A stretch of DNA of 41,526 nucleotides. It comes from an uncultured Alphaproteobacteria bacterium (lineage in GTDB: Bacteria; Pseudomonadota; Alphaproteobacteria; MPNO01; UBA830). The notes under the pieces are model-generated. The model did no database searches and was not told the origin of the DNA. It worked only from the letters and a program-made list of their open reading frames with translations. Of this stretch, positions 1 through 8,929 are shown in pieces. Both the position numbers and the translations under genes were made by a program. The stretch lies in contig CAJQLI010000022.1 of assembly GCA_905479125.1 (NCBI GenBank), positions 1-41,526 of the forward strand. Direction: 5' to 3'. Positions within the stretch are counted from its first letter, which is position 1; each line of letters starts with the position of its first letter.

Positions 1-1
1 T

Positions 2-514
2 GCGAGCGGTCTTAAAATCGTCATGGCGACCGGCGACAGCGCCCGCACTGCTCAGGCCGTTGCCGCGAAGCTCGGTATTACGGACGTCCGTGCCGACCTG
101 CTGCCCGAAGACAAGGGCGCGCTGATTGCGGAACTGCAGGCGGCGGGAGCGAAGGTCGCCATGGCCGGGGACGGGGTGAACGATGCACCTGCTCTGGCCC
201 AGGCCGATGTCGGCATTGCCATGGGTACAGGCGCCGATGTCGCTATTGAAAGTGCCGGCATCACGCTGGTTAAAGGCGATCTGACCGGCATCGTGCGGGC
301 GCGTATTTTGGCAAAGGCCACCATGGCGAATATCCGCCAGAACCTGTTTTTTGCTTTTATCTACAACACCGCGGGCGTGCCGATCGCCGCGGGCGTGCTG
401 TTCCCGGTCTTCGGTATCCTGCTCTCGCCGATGTTCGCGGCGGCGGCGATGAGCCTGTCATCGGTATCGGTGGTGGGCAATGCGCTGCGGTTGAGACGGG
501 TCCGGCTCGGGTAA
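2..514 (+). CDS. copA: Heavy-metal (Cu+) translocating P1B-type ATPase, C-terminal part; gene starts before the window
   Basis: TGD, PEDK and [20 protein letters not shown] hinge motifs; TM motifs YN (IYNTAGVP) and MxxSS (AMSLSS) typical of Cu(I) P1B-1 ATPases; frame open to the window edge. Confidence 0.9.
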   Translation, partial: ASGLKIVMATGDSARTAQAVAAKLGITDVRADLLPEDKGALIAELQAAGAKVAMAGDGVNDAPALAQADVGIAMGTGADVAIESAGITLVKGDLTGIVRARILAKATMANIRQNLFFAFIYNTAGVPIAAGVLFPVFGILLSPMFAAAAMSLSSVSVVGNALRLRRVRLG

Positions 515-530
515 GGCAGGTCCGCCGGTT

Positions 531-1022
531 CTAACCCCGAACCCGGTTTATATAATACCGACCCGGGTTAACGCCCTCGGGCAGTGGCTGGGCTTCCCAG
601 TTGCTGACCGTGTATTCCTGATCGCTGCACACCAGACCGCCCGGCGCCATCAGCGCGTTGACGAGGGGGGCGATGGTGGCGACCAGCTTTGCGTTCAGAT
701 CCCGCCTGCTGGAACCGATATCGCAATGGGCGAGGGCGGCCGGTGCGCCGATACGGCTCATCGCGTCCGCGAGGGTTTCAGTGACGTCACCCAGGATCAT
801 GTGATTGTCATCAGGGGTGCAGTCCGGGTGGGCTGCGACGCGCTGGTCGAAGACGAAAATTTCGCGGTCGGGGAACAGGTCGCGCAGGTGATCGTATGTA
901 CGGCCGTTGCCGAGACCGAGTTCCAGGATCGGGCCGGGCACATCGGCGATCATGTCCACTGCCATGTTCAGGCAGTCACGTTGCGCCGAGACGCGCCGGA
1001 TAAAGGAGTCGAGTCTGCTCAT
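531..1022 (-). CDS. Small class I SAM-dependent methyltransferase (Methyltransf_17-like)
   Basis: MSRLDSFIRR N-terminus and ILELGLGNGRTYDHLR SAM-binding motif I; GGA/GAG-containing upstream region weak as SD. Confidence 0.8.
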   Translation of the reverse strand: MSRLDSFIRRVSAQRDCLNMAVDMIADVPGPILELGLGNGRTYDHLRDLFPDREIFVFDQRVAAHPDCTPDDNHMILGDVTETLADAMSRIGAPAALAHCDIGSSRRDLNAKLVATIAPLVNALMAPGGLVCSDQEYTVSNWEAQPLPEGVNPGRYYINRVRG

Positions 1023-1097
1023 CGGAGAGGTCTCATTCTGTCTGGTTTCTGATATCGCCGCCTACCGTCCTGCGGTAAGCGGCTGCTGGCTTGCCGT

Positions 1098-1547
1098 TCA
1101 CGGGGCGCTGTTGGCCTCGCGGAGTTGTGCTGTCGTGGCTTCCAGCCTGTGGGCGAGCTCGCGCATGATTTCGACCGACATGTCCGGGAATTCGCTGATC
1201 AGCCGGAAGAACAGGTCCTTGGTGATCGCCAGTGTCGTCAGTTCGGTTTCGGCGCGGATCGTTGCCGTGCGGGGCACATCAATCAGGATCGCAATTTCAC
1301 CGACGAAGTCGTTCATGCCAACCTTGGCGACGGAGAGCTCTCCGTGCGGGGTGTCGACCACAACGTCCGCCTGCCCGTCGAGAATGATATAGGCGGCATC
1401 GCCCGGGTCACCCTGGTGAAACAGTTCCTGACCTGCGGGAAACGTCAGCCGTTCGCTGGTAAAGGCGAGCAGTTTGAGTTTTGACGGTTCGATTTTTGCA
1501 AACAGCGGCACGCTGCGCAGGGCCTCGACCTCTTCGTTCAGGCTCAC
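1098..1547 (-). CDS. Stand-alone cyclic nucleotide-binding (cNMP/CAP-ED) domain protein without HTH
   Basis: LFHQGDPGDAAYIILDG and phosphate-binding cassette FVGEIAILIDVPRTATI; GTG start with GGAGGA SD; only 149 aa. Confidence 0.9.
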   Translation of the reverse strand: MSLNEEVEALRSVPLFAKIEPSKLKLLAFTSERLTFPAGQELFHQGDPGDAAYIILDGQADVVVDTPHGELSVAKVGMNDFVGEIAILIDVPRTATIRAETELTTLAITKDLFFRLISEFPDMSVEIMRELAHRLEATTAQLREANSAP

Positions 1548-1613
1548 ATCTTCCTCCCGGACTTACTTCTGAAAATCATACGCGTCGTCTGTTTCAATGT
1601 CATCGCGGCAAAA

Positions 1614-4265
1614 CTATTCAGCCTGAACCAGATCGTGCAGGGCGGTGCCTTCGCGATTCAGCTCCTCGAAGGTTCCCTGTTCAATCACCCGGCCCGATTT
1701 CATCACCAGGGCGCGGTCGAAATCCGACGCCATGGACGGGCGATGTACGGCCCAGATCAGGCCGCGCCCGTCGAATTCCTGTTTGAGCCCTGCAAGGATC
1801 GCGGTCTGCGCGGCACCGTCCAGGCTGCCGGTTGCCTCGTTGAGGATCAGCACATCCGGGCGTTTGAGGATGGCGCGCGCAATGCCGAGCTTCTGCCGCT
1901 GGGCACTCGACAGGCGTCCGCCACCATTGCCGACATGGAAACTGAGACCGACTTCCATCACCGCGGCCCGCAGACCGAGATCGTCTATCACCTGGGCGAT
2001 AATCTCACCGACACGTTCGCCGCCCCGTGCCTGACCGTAGGCCAGTTTGCCGAACAGGATATTGTCCTGCAGCGATGCGGCAGCGTTATATCCGTTGACA
2101 TCAAAGAGTTCGACCATGCCCCTGAATTCTTCCGGCAGGTTGGCGGCGAATGCCTTGCGGGCTTTCAGAATGCGTTGTTGCAGGTCGTCGTCGATGACGC
2201 CGAGGCGATGGCGCGCGGGCGATACCTTGAATGGCAGGGACAACAGCATCGTGCGTTCTTCCGGGCGCAGGGTTGCAATACCATCGCGGTTTATCCGGGT
2301 CAGTATGGCCTGGTATTCCGGCAGGTCCTCGGCGGAAATAAAACTGAACTGTTCGAAGAACGGATGACCCGGCGGCAGGTCGGCGAACAGTTCCGTCATC
2401 GTCGACGCGATCTGCTGTCCGGTATCAAGCAGGACGTCGATCAGGCCTTCACGCTCTAACAGGTCGATCACATAGGTATTTTCGGCCAGGCGTTCCATGT
2501 CGAATCCGCTGCCGATAGGCGTGCCGAATAGCAGGTTTTCGCCGAGGGTCGCATTGTCATTGTATTTTTCAGGATCGAAACCTTCGACAAGCGCCGCGAT
2601 TTCAGGGTCCGTCAGCCGGGTATGAAATTCGGCACGTGCTTTCAGGAACTGTTCTGCGAGACCGGGCTGGGTCGCCGGGTCGATCGAACCGCGCAGCCCC
2701 AGCTGATAAATATCGCCGTCGAGCGTAACCATTTTAAGGGTCTCGAAGATCCGTAATAGCAGGGCATGGTCGTCCGGCGCGTCCGCCGCATCGTAATCGA
2801 TCCAGTCAGCGTTGATGTCATCCGTCGAATTGCCGGCAGCAATGGCCTCCACCCGCCATTTCTCTGTCGCCTGACGTGTCTCGTCATCGTATTCAGCATC
2901 CCGCAGGGGCAGGTGCTTGACGCCATAAAGCAGGTTGTCCCGCACCGTCGTCGAGAACATATAGGCGGACGATCCGACATAGGCGAGCCTGCGCCCGGTG
3001 ACCGCTTCCGGCAGAGTGTCTGCTGCCTGTCCGCCCAATCGCAAGGTCCCTGCAGTGGGTGACAGCAGGCGTGCGAGCATTTGGGTTGTTTCGTCCTTGC
3101 CTGACCCACCACCGCCGATAATGGCGACGTGTTCTGCGGCATCGACCATGAACGACGCGCCTTCGACCAGAGCGGCGCCCGTATCGTCAATAAGGGACAG
3201 GTTGGACGCTGCAATTTCTCCCGACAGGGGTGCGATCGCGTCAGGTTCGTCCAACTGGCGCGATTCTTCTGCCAGTCCCACCGGCTGGAACTGTTCCATG
3301 ACCTGTTCGTACTTGATCTTGGCGTCCGCCTGGCGCTGATAGAAGTTCAGGAGTTCCTTCCAGGGGGCTGCAAGATCTTTATGGGCCGCGATTGCCGCCA
3401 TCAGCGTGCCAATTTCGAGCTCGCCCTTGATCGCAAGGTAGCCGCCAATGGCATAGAACGAGAAAGGGCCCAGCTGGTTGATCGTGTTGTTCAGGAACTT
3501 GACGATGAATTTCCAGATATAGATCTGGAGGCGGACTTCGTAGATCGCTCCAAGCCGGTGCGAAAAATCGGCCCGTTCGCGGCGTGCGGTGTTATGAGCG
3601 TGAATTTCCTGGACCCCGGCGACGGTCTCGCCGATCCGGTCCGATAGCTGGCGGACCAGGCGTACGCGTTCCTTGCCGAGAAGGTTAACGCGGCGTTGCA
3701 GCTTGGGGATCAGGTATCCCTGCAGCGGATATAGCGCGACGGCTGCAAGCGCCATGTACCAGTTCTGCACGAACAGAAAGGCCAGGATGACGATAAGATA
3801 GCCACCCTGAAAGATCGGCAGCTTGAAAGCATCGCCGATAAACCCGCCGAGCGGCTCGACTTCGGCGGTGACCATGGTCACGATCTCGGATGACGATGTT
3901 TTGCGGAACTGCGGGAGTGGAAAGCGGAGAACCCGGCCGTAAAGGTCGAAACGGAGCCTGCGCAGCATCCGTTCTCCGGTAATTCCGGCATATACGTTGA
4001 TAACGTATTTAAATGCCTGGTTTATGATCACCAGTCCCAGGAATATGCCGCATAGCAGCCATAGATACTCGACCTGGTCGAATTGAATCTGTGACACGGA
4101 TGTCGGGAAAGTCGTGTCTTTTCCCTGAATCGCGCTATTTACGATCAGTTTCGGTAGTTCGTAGAACGCATACAGGAACGGGAAGGATGCCGTCGCCATA
4201 ATCGTCAACACCACTTGGCGGCGCATCGAATAACGGATGATATAGCGGTAAATGCTTTTTTCCAC
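1614..4265 (-). CDS. ABC exporter-type protein (N-terminal TMD + NBD with a large insertion and degenerate motifs)
   Basis: About 6 TM helices in the first ~310 aa; Walker A-like GGGGSGKD, signature-like LSSAQRQK, Walker B-like LILNEAT, H-loop VHR; GTG start. Confidence 0.85.
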   Translation of the reverse strand: MEKSIYRYIIRYSMRRQVVLTIMATASFPFLYAFYELPKLIVNSAIQGKDTTFPTSVSQIQFDQVEYLWLLCGIFLGLVIINQAFKYVINVYAGITGERMLRRLRFDLYGRVLRFPLPQFRKTSSSEIVTMVTAEVEPLGGFIGDAFKLPIFQGGYLIVILAFLFVQNWYMALAAVALYPLQGYLIPKLQRRVNLLGKERVRLVRQLSDRIGETVAGVQEIHAHNTARRERADFSHRLGAIYEVRLQIYIWKFIVKFLNNTINQLGPFSFYAIGGYLAIKGELEIGTLMAAIAAHKDLAAPWKELLNFYQRQADAKIKYEQVMEQFQPVGLAEESRQLDEPDAIAPLSGEIAASNLSLIDDTGAALVEGASFMVDAAEHVAIIGGGGSGKDETTQMLARLLSPTAGTLRLGGQAADTLPEAVTGRRLAYVGSSAYMFSTTVRDNLLYGVKHLPLRDAEYDDETRQATEKWRVEAIAAGNSTDDINADWIDYDAADAPDDHALLLRIFETLKMVTLDGDIYQLGLRGSIDPATQPGLAEQFLKARAEFHTRLTDPEIAALVEGFDPEKYNDNATLGENLLFGTPIGSGFDMERLAENTYVIDLLEREGLIDVLLDTGQQIASTMTELFADLPPGHPFFEQFSFISAEDLPEYQAILTRINRDGIATLRPEERTMLLSLPFKVSPARHRLGVIDDDLQQRILKARKAFAANLPEEFRGMVELFDVNGYNAAASLQDNILFGKLAYGQARGGERVGEIIAQVIDDLGLRAAVMEVGLSFHVGNGGGRLSSAQRQKLGIARAILKRPDVLILNEATGSLDGAAQTAILAGLKQEFDGRGLIWAVHRPSMASDFDRALVMKSGRVIEQGTFEELNREGTALHDLVQAE

Positions 4266-4403
4266 GGTGATCCCGCTTGTGGCGCCAAGAAGAGCAAGAA
4301 GAGAATGTCTTCAGCTTTTACAGTACTGGCGCAATTTTTACGACAGGCGACCGCAAAATGGCAAATACGTTGTGAGAGGATACGTAGCTGCCGCTTTCTG
4401 TGC

Positions 4404-4419
4404 AGTGACGGCTGTCACA
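4404..4419. promoter_or_regulatory. CRP/FNR-family-like palindromic box AGTGA-N6-TCACA in the divergent promoter region
   Basis: AGTGACGGCTGTCACA is a 9/10 match to TGTGA-N6-TCACA; inner GTGAC-N4-GTCAC is a perfect inverted repeat. Confidence 0.4.
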
Positions 4420-4532
4420 GCGACGCGGGGCCTGTACACCTAGAATTACCAAAACCGGAACGCGGTAATCTCAGGTTGGGCGTAAGGGCTAGCTGTGCGA
4501 TATTCGCGCAAATAGTACGAGGTGGATACAGG

Positions 4533-5753
4533 ATGATATCTGAGAGGGGCCATCAGCGCGCACTCATATACAGCCACGACAGTTTTGGTCTGGGCCACCT
4601 GCGTCGTTGCCGGGCTATCGCGCATGCGCTGGTTGATCAAAATCCGGATATGTCCGTCATTATTCTGTCCGGGTCGCCCATTATCGGTAATTTCGATTTT
4701 CGCCGCCGCGTCGATTTCGTCCGTGTGCCTGGCGTTATCAAGCTGCGGAACGGCGACTACACGTCTTACAGTCTCGATCTCGATATAGAAGAGACCGTCG
4801 CGTTGCGGGCCTCGATCATCAAACATACTGCTGAAATTTTCGATCCCGATATCTTCATTGTCGACAAGGAACCTCTCGGCCTGCGCGGCGAAGTGGCTGA
4901 AACGCTCGAAATGCTGAAAGAGCGGGGCACCCCGCTGGTGCTTGGCCTCCGCGATGTCATGGACGAACCCTCCCTTCTGGCCCCCGAATGGAAACGTAAG
5001 AACGTCATGCCGGCACTGGAAAACCTGTATGACGAAATATGGGTCTATGGCCTGCCGCAGATATGCGACCCGCTTGCCGAAATCGACCTGACGCCGCAGG
5101 TCCGCCGCAAAATGGTGTTTACCGGCTATCTTGAGCGTGAGGACGCGCGCGGCGCTCCGACGGCCGACCATGCTATTCCGTTTGATCGGCCCTATCTGCT
5201 GGTAACGCCCGGCGGTGGCGGTGATGGCGAAGCGCTGGTCGACTGGGTCCTGCGGGCCTATGAGACGGATGCGACTGCGCCTTACCCGGCATTGCTTGTT
5301 TTCGGTCCGTTCATGCAGCAGGAAAAGCAGGCCGAATTTGCCCGGCGGGCGGCGGCTCTGAAACTGGTCGAAGCGATAACGTTCGAAGCGAATATCGAAC
5401 CGCTAATTCAGGGCGCCGCGGGGATTGTCGCAATGGGCGGCTATAATACGTTCTGCGAAATTCTGTCCTTCGACAAGCCAGCGCTGGTTGTGCCGCGCAC
5501 CGTGCCGCGAATGGAACAGTATATCCGTGCCGACAGGGCCCAGGAATTGGGTTTGCTGCGTATGCTCGTCGATGACGGTGTCCGCCGCGCACAGGATATG
5601 GCAACGGCGCTCCGCCATCTGCCGCAGCAAAACCGTCCGTCGGACGTCGTCGTGCCGGGCCTGCTGGACGGGTTGCCCAATGTAAACCGGCTGGCGCGCC
5701 GGCTCAGCGACAGGCGTGGCAAATCGATTGCCGCCGTCGCCGAGAGCGGATGA
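4533..5753 (+). CDS. Glycosyltransferase, GT-B fold (COG4671/GT28 C-terminal-like)
   Basis: IYSHDSFGLGHLRR N-terminal motif, VTPGGGGDG, AMGGYNTFCEI and EQYIRA motifs; ATG 4533 preceded by GAGGTGG (ORF track extends upstream spuriously). Confidence 0.85.
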   Translation: MISERGHQRALIYSHDSFGLGHLRRCRAIAHALVDQNPDMSVIILSGSPIIGNFDFRRRVDFVRVPGVIKLRNGDYTSYSLDLDIEETVALRASIIKHTAEIFDPDIFIVDKEPLGLRGEVAETLEMLKERGTPLVLGLRDVMDEPSLLAPEWKRKNVMPALENLYDEIWVYGLPQICDPLAEIDLTPQVRRKMVFTGYLEREDARGAPTADHAIPFDRPYLLVTPGGGGDGEALVDWVLRAYETDATAPYPALLVFGPFMQQEKQAEFARRAAALKLVEAITFEANIEPLIQGAAGIVAMGGYNTFCEILSFDKPALVVPRTVPRMEQYIRADRAQELGLLRMLVDDGVRRAQDMATALRHLPQQNRPSDVVVPGLLDGLPNVNRLARRLSDRRGKSIAAVAESG

Positions 5754-5769
5754 GCGGATACGACATTTT

Positions 5770-7023
5770 ATGACGGGCAGGACTGCTATCGTCGTGAAGG
5801 GATATCCGCGGCTATCGGAAACCTTTATCGCCCAGGAAATCCGTGGACTCGAATTGCGCGGGATGGATATCGAGATCGTTTCCCTGCGACACCCGACCGA
5901 AAAACACACTCATCCCGTTCATGCCGAGATAGAAGCGCCTGTGCGCTATTTACCGGAATATCTTTATCAGGAACCGCGACGGGTTTTCGCCGCCTGGCGG
6001 GCGGCGCGGAAACTGGCGGGATACCGGGCAGTTCGCCGGACCTGGCTGCGTGACCTGTGGCGCGACAGGACACCCAACCGTATTCGCCGGTTCGGGCAGG
6101 CGCTGGTACTGGCGCATGAACTACCGGATGATATTGATCATATTCACGTTCATTTCCTCCACACACCGGCCTCGGTTGCACGCTATGCCGCCGAGATGAC
6201 CGGAAAACGCTGGACTGTTTCGGCCCATGCGAAGGACATCTGGACGTCCCCCGACTGGGAAATCCGTGAAAAGCTCGATTCCTGCGACTGGCTGGTGACA
6301 TGCTCCGCTTATGCGCGAAATCATCTGGCAGGTCTTGATTCAAGCGGCACGCGGGTCGAGCTCGTCTATCACGGCCTCGACAGCTCCCGCTTTCCGGCGG
6401 CCCCGGAAAGACGGCCAATGCGCGATGGACGGGACCCGGATGATCCCCTGCTTATTTTGTGTGTCGGGCGTGCCGTCGAGAAAAAGGGCCACGATATCCT
6501 GCTGGACGCCCTCGGTCGGTTGCCCGATGACCTCAACTGGCGGCTCTGGCATATCGGCGGTGGCGAGTTACGCGATAAATTGCGCGCCCAGGCGGAACGC
6601 CTCGGTATTGCTGATCGTGTTGAGTGGTTCGGGGCGCTTCCCCAAGGCGAGGTTATAGAACGGTATCGCAACGCTGACCTTTTTACCCTGGCAAGCCGGG
6701 TCGGGGATGATGGTGACCGGGATGGCCTGCCAAACGTATTGATGGAAGCGCAAAGTCAGGCACTGGCCTGTGTCGCGACCGATGTATCGGCGATTCCGGA
6801 ATTGATTGTCGATGGTGAAACCGGCGTGTTGATCCCGTCAGAGGACTCGGCGGCGTTGTCGGCGGCGATTGTCGATCTGGCAGGAAACCCGGAACGCCGC
6901 CTGTTCCTGGGGCGCGCCGGTGAGGCCCGCGTTCGTGGTACGTTTTCGTTCACCGTAGGTGTCGACCGGCTCATCGAGAAATTCGGTGTGGCGGATGACG
7001 CGGCCGGCCGCGACGCCGCCTGA
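5770..7023 (+). CDS. Glycosyltransferase family 4 (WcaL-like)
   Basis: KGYPRLSETFI, HVHF, SAHAKDI, VGRAVEKKG and DGLPNVLMEA (D/E-x7-E) GT4 motifs; start set to ATG 5770. Confidence 0.9.
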   Translation: MTGRTAIVVKGYPRLSETFIAQEIRGLELRGMDIEIVSLRHPTEKHTHPVHAEIEAPVRYLPEYLYQEPRRVFAAWRAARKLAGYRAVRRTWLRDLWRDRTPNRIRRFGQALVLAHELPDDIDHIHVHFLHTPASVARYAAEMTGKRWTVSAHAKDIWTSPDWEIREKLDSCDWLVTCSAYARNHLAGLDSSGTRVELVYHGLDSSRFPAAPERRPMRDGRDPDDPLLILCVGRAVEKKGHDILLDALGRLPDDLNWRLWHIGGGELRDKLRAQAERLGIADRVEWFGALPQGEVIERYRNADLFTLASRVGDDGDRDGLPNVLMEAQSQALACVATDVSAIPELIVDGETGVLIPSEDSAALSAAIVDLAGNPERRLFLGRAGEARVRGTFSFTVGVDRLIEKFGVADDAAGRDAA

Positions 7024-7038
7024 GATGGTGAGTTGAGT

Positions 7039-7173
7039 ATGCAGATAGCCTTTCCCGCCTCGATGTTTGGTTCGCCTGTTATGTCTGCTGGCAGGTCGGC
7101 GGGCGAGCACCATGCTGCTCGCTACCGCCGCAATAAAATTTCTGAAACCACAATGAAGGTCTACGCTGCATGA
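7039..7173 (+). pseudogene. 44-codon ORF (MQIAFPASMFGSP...VYAA), possible relic of a deleted GT4 gene or a small coupling peptide
   Basis: Fills the GT4-phosphatase gap; GGTGAG SD-like sequence upstream; stop overlaps the next start (ATGA); N-terminus resembles MRIAFYAP-type GT4 starts. Confidence 0.35.
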
Positions 7174-7769
7174 CGCCTATTGCACTCATTCGCCATGGTC
7201 CGACCGACTGGAATGCGGAACATCGCCTGCAGGGCCGTGTGGACAGACCGTTATCTGATGAAGGACGGGAAAAGGTTTCGACCTGGGCAGTTCCGGATGC
7301 CTACAGGGACTTTCACTGGGTCTCCAGCCCGCTGAGCCGTGCGCAGCAGACGGCGGCGTTGTTATCGCTCGACATCAAACAGCTCGAACCGGCCATTATC
7401 GAGATGGATTGGGGAGATTGGGAAGGGCACACCCGTGACGAGCTGGAGGTGATTTATGGAGACGAGGTCGGGAAGCGCGCGGCGCTAGGGCTCGACCTGC
7501 GGCCGCATAATGGCGAGAGTCCGCGCGACCTGCGTGACCGGTTTGGTGTCTGGGTGCGCAGCGTCGTGGAGACGGGTGTCCCCACCGGGGCTGTATGTCA
7601 TCAGGGGGTAATCCGCGCTGCCCTGTCGCTTGCGACAGACTGGAGCATGGTCGGAAAACCGCCCCAGAAAATGGACTGGGCCAGCGTGCACCTGTTCAAC
7701 GCGCACGCGGATGGGACACTCGAAATCGCAGAACTGAATATCAGCCTGTCACAGGAAGATGCCGGGTGA
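7170..7769 (+). CDS. Histidine phosphatase / phosphoglycerate mutase family protein
   Basis: LIRHGPTDWN (RHG), SSPLSRAQQTA, EMDWGDWEG, GES and VCHQG motifs. Confidence 0.92.
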   Translation: MTPIALIRHGPTDWNAEHRLQGRVDRPLSDEGREKVSTWAVPDAYRDFHWVSSPLSRAQQTAALLSLDIKQLEPAIIEMDWGDWEGHTRDELEVIYGDEVGKRAALGLDLRPHNGESPRDLRDRFGVWVRSVVETGVPTGAVCHQGVIRAALSLATDWSMVGKPPQKMDWASVHLFNAHADGTLEIAELNISLSQEDAG

Positions 7770-8929
7770 GCAAGCCACATGTCTTTTTCTGGGTCCAGCA
7801 TCTTCTGGGTATCGGTCACCTGCAGCGCACCGCGACCCTTGCACGTGCTTTTCGGCGCGCCGGGATGACGGTCACCGTTGTATCGGGCGGGCATGAAGTT
7901 CCGGGACTGGATCTGGGCGGGGCAACGCTTGTGCAGCTGCCGCCGGTCCGCGCGGCGGACAAGTATTTCAAAATCCTGGTCGATGATACTGATTCCGAAA
8001 TTGACGATGCTTTCCGCGAAAATCGCTGTGAATTGTTGCTGGCCGCCTATCGTGCGGCCGTACCCGATGTGGTGATCACCGAGTTGTTTCCGTTCGGCCG
8101 CCGGCAGCTGCGCCGGGAATTGACGGTTCTGCTCGACGCGGCCAGGGCACAACCCGTGCCGCCTCTTATCGTTTCTTCGGTCCGGGATATCCTGGTCGAG
8201 CCACCGAAGCCCGAACGGGTCGCCGAAATGCTTGAACGGGTCGAGACCTATTACGACCGGGTGATGATCCACGGCGATCCCACATTGATTCCCTTCGATG
8301 AGACCTTTGCCCATGCGGACCGGATCGCTGATCGCGTGGCTTATACCGGTTACGTTGTCGACATGCCGCAAAAGGTACCCGGCGGCCCCGGAACCGACGA
8401 GGTAATCGTGTCTGCAGGCGGCGGTGCCGTCAGCGAGGAACTGTTCCGTGCCGCGATGGCTGCCCGGCCCCTGACCCGTCTTGCCAACCGGACATGGCGC
8501 ATTCTTGCCGGGCACGCCCTGGCGGATGACGTGTTTGCGTCAGTTGCCGGGGATGCGCCTGAAGGTGTTGTCGTTGAACGCGCCCGGTCCGATTTTCCGA
8601 CACTGATGGCGAATTGTACCCTTTCGATCAGCCAGGGGGGCTACAACACGGTGATGGAAATGATGACCGCCGGGACGCGTGGCGTCATCGTGCCTTATGC
8701 CGGTGGGCTGGAAACGGAACAGACGCTGAGGGCGCGGCTGCTGGAGAACCGCAGCGGTATTCGCACGATTCCCGAAGACACGCTGAACCCGGCGGCATTG
8801 GCGGCGGCAGTCGATGCTGCGCTTGATGCCCCTCCCCCCGACGCGTCGGGGCTGGATACCGGTGGCGCTGACAAAAGTGCTGCTTTGATCGAAGTCTGGC
8901 TTGGCCAGAGAGAAGGAAATGTTGCATGA
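7766..8929 (+). CDS. Glycosyltransferase, GT-B fold (COG4671-like), paralogue of 4533..5753
   Basis: VQHLLGIGHL, ELFPFGRR, VSAGGG, SQGGYNTVME and EQTLRA motifs; GTG start overlapping the upstream stop (GTGA). Confidence 0.88.
   Translation: MSKPHVFFWVQHLLGIGHLQRTATLARAFRRAGMTVTVVSGGHEVPGLDLGGATLVQLPPVRAADKYFKILVDDTDSEIDDAFRENRCELLLAAYRAAVPDVVITELFPFGRRQLRRELTVLLDAARAQPVPPLIVSSVRDILVEPPKPERVAEMLERVETYYDRVMIHGDPTLIPFDETFAHADRIADRVAYTGYVVDMPQKVPGGPGTDEVIVSAGGGAVSEELFRAAMAARPLTRLANRTWRILAGHALADDVFASVAGDAPEGVVVERARSDFPTLMANCTLSISQGGYNTVMEMMTAGTRGVIVPYAGGLETEQTLRARLLENRSGIRTIPEDTLNPAALAAAVDAALDAPPPDASGLDTGGADKSAALIEVWLGQREGNVA

Noticed and set aside
4286-4303. CAAGAAGAG direct repeat x2
   Set aside because: Short, low-complexity and only two copies
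4327-4374. Two TGGC-N sigma54-like sequences in the divergent promoter region
   Set aside because: The -12 dinucleotide is AC or GT rather than GC, and no bEBP activator is nearby
4215-4532. 106-codon N-terminal extension of the first glycosyltransferase in the ORF track
   Set aside because: Overlaps the divergent ABC gene start and promoter region; the family motif begins right after ATG 4533, which has an SD
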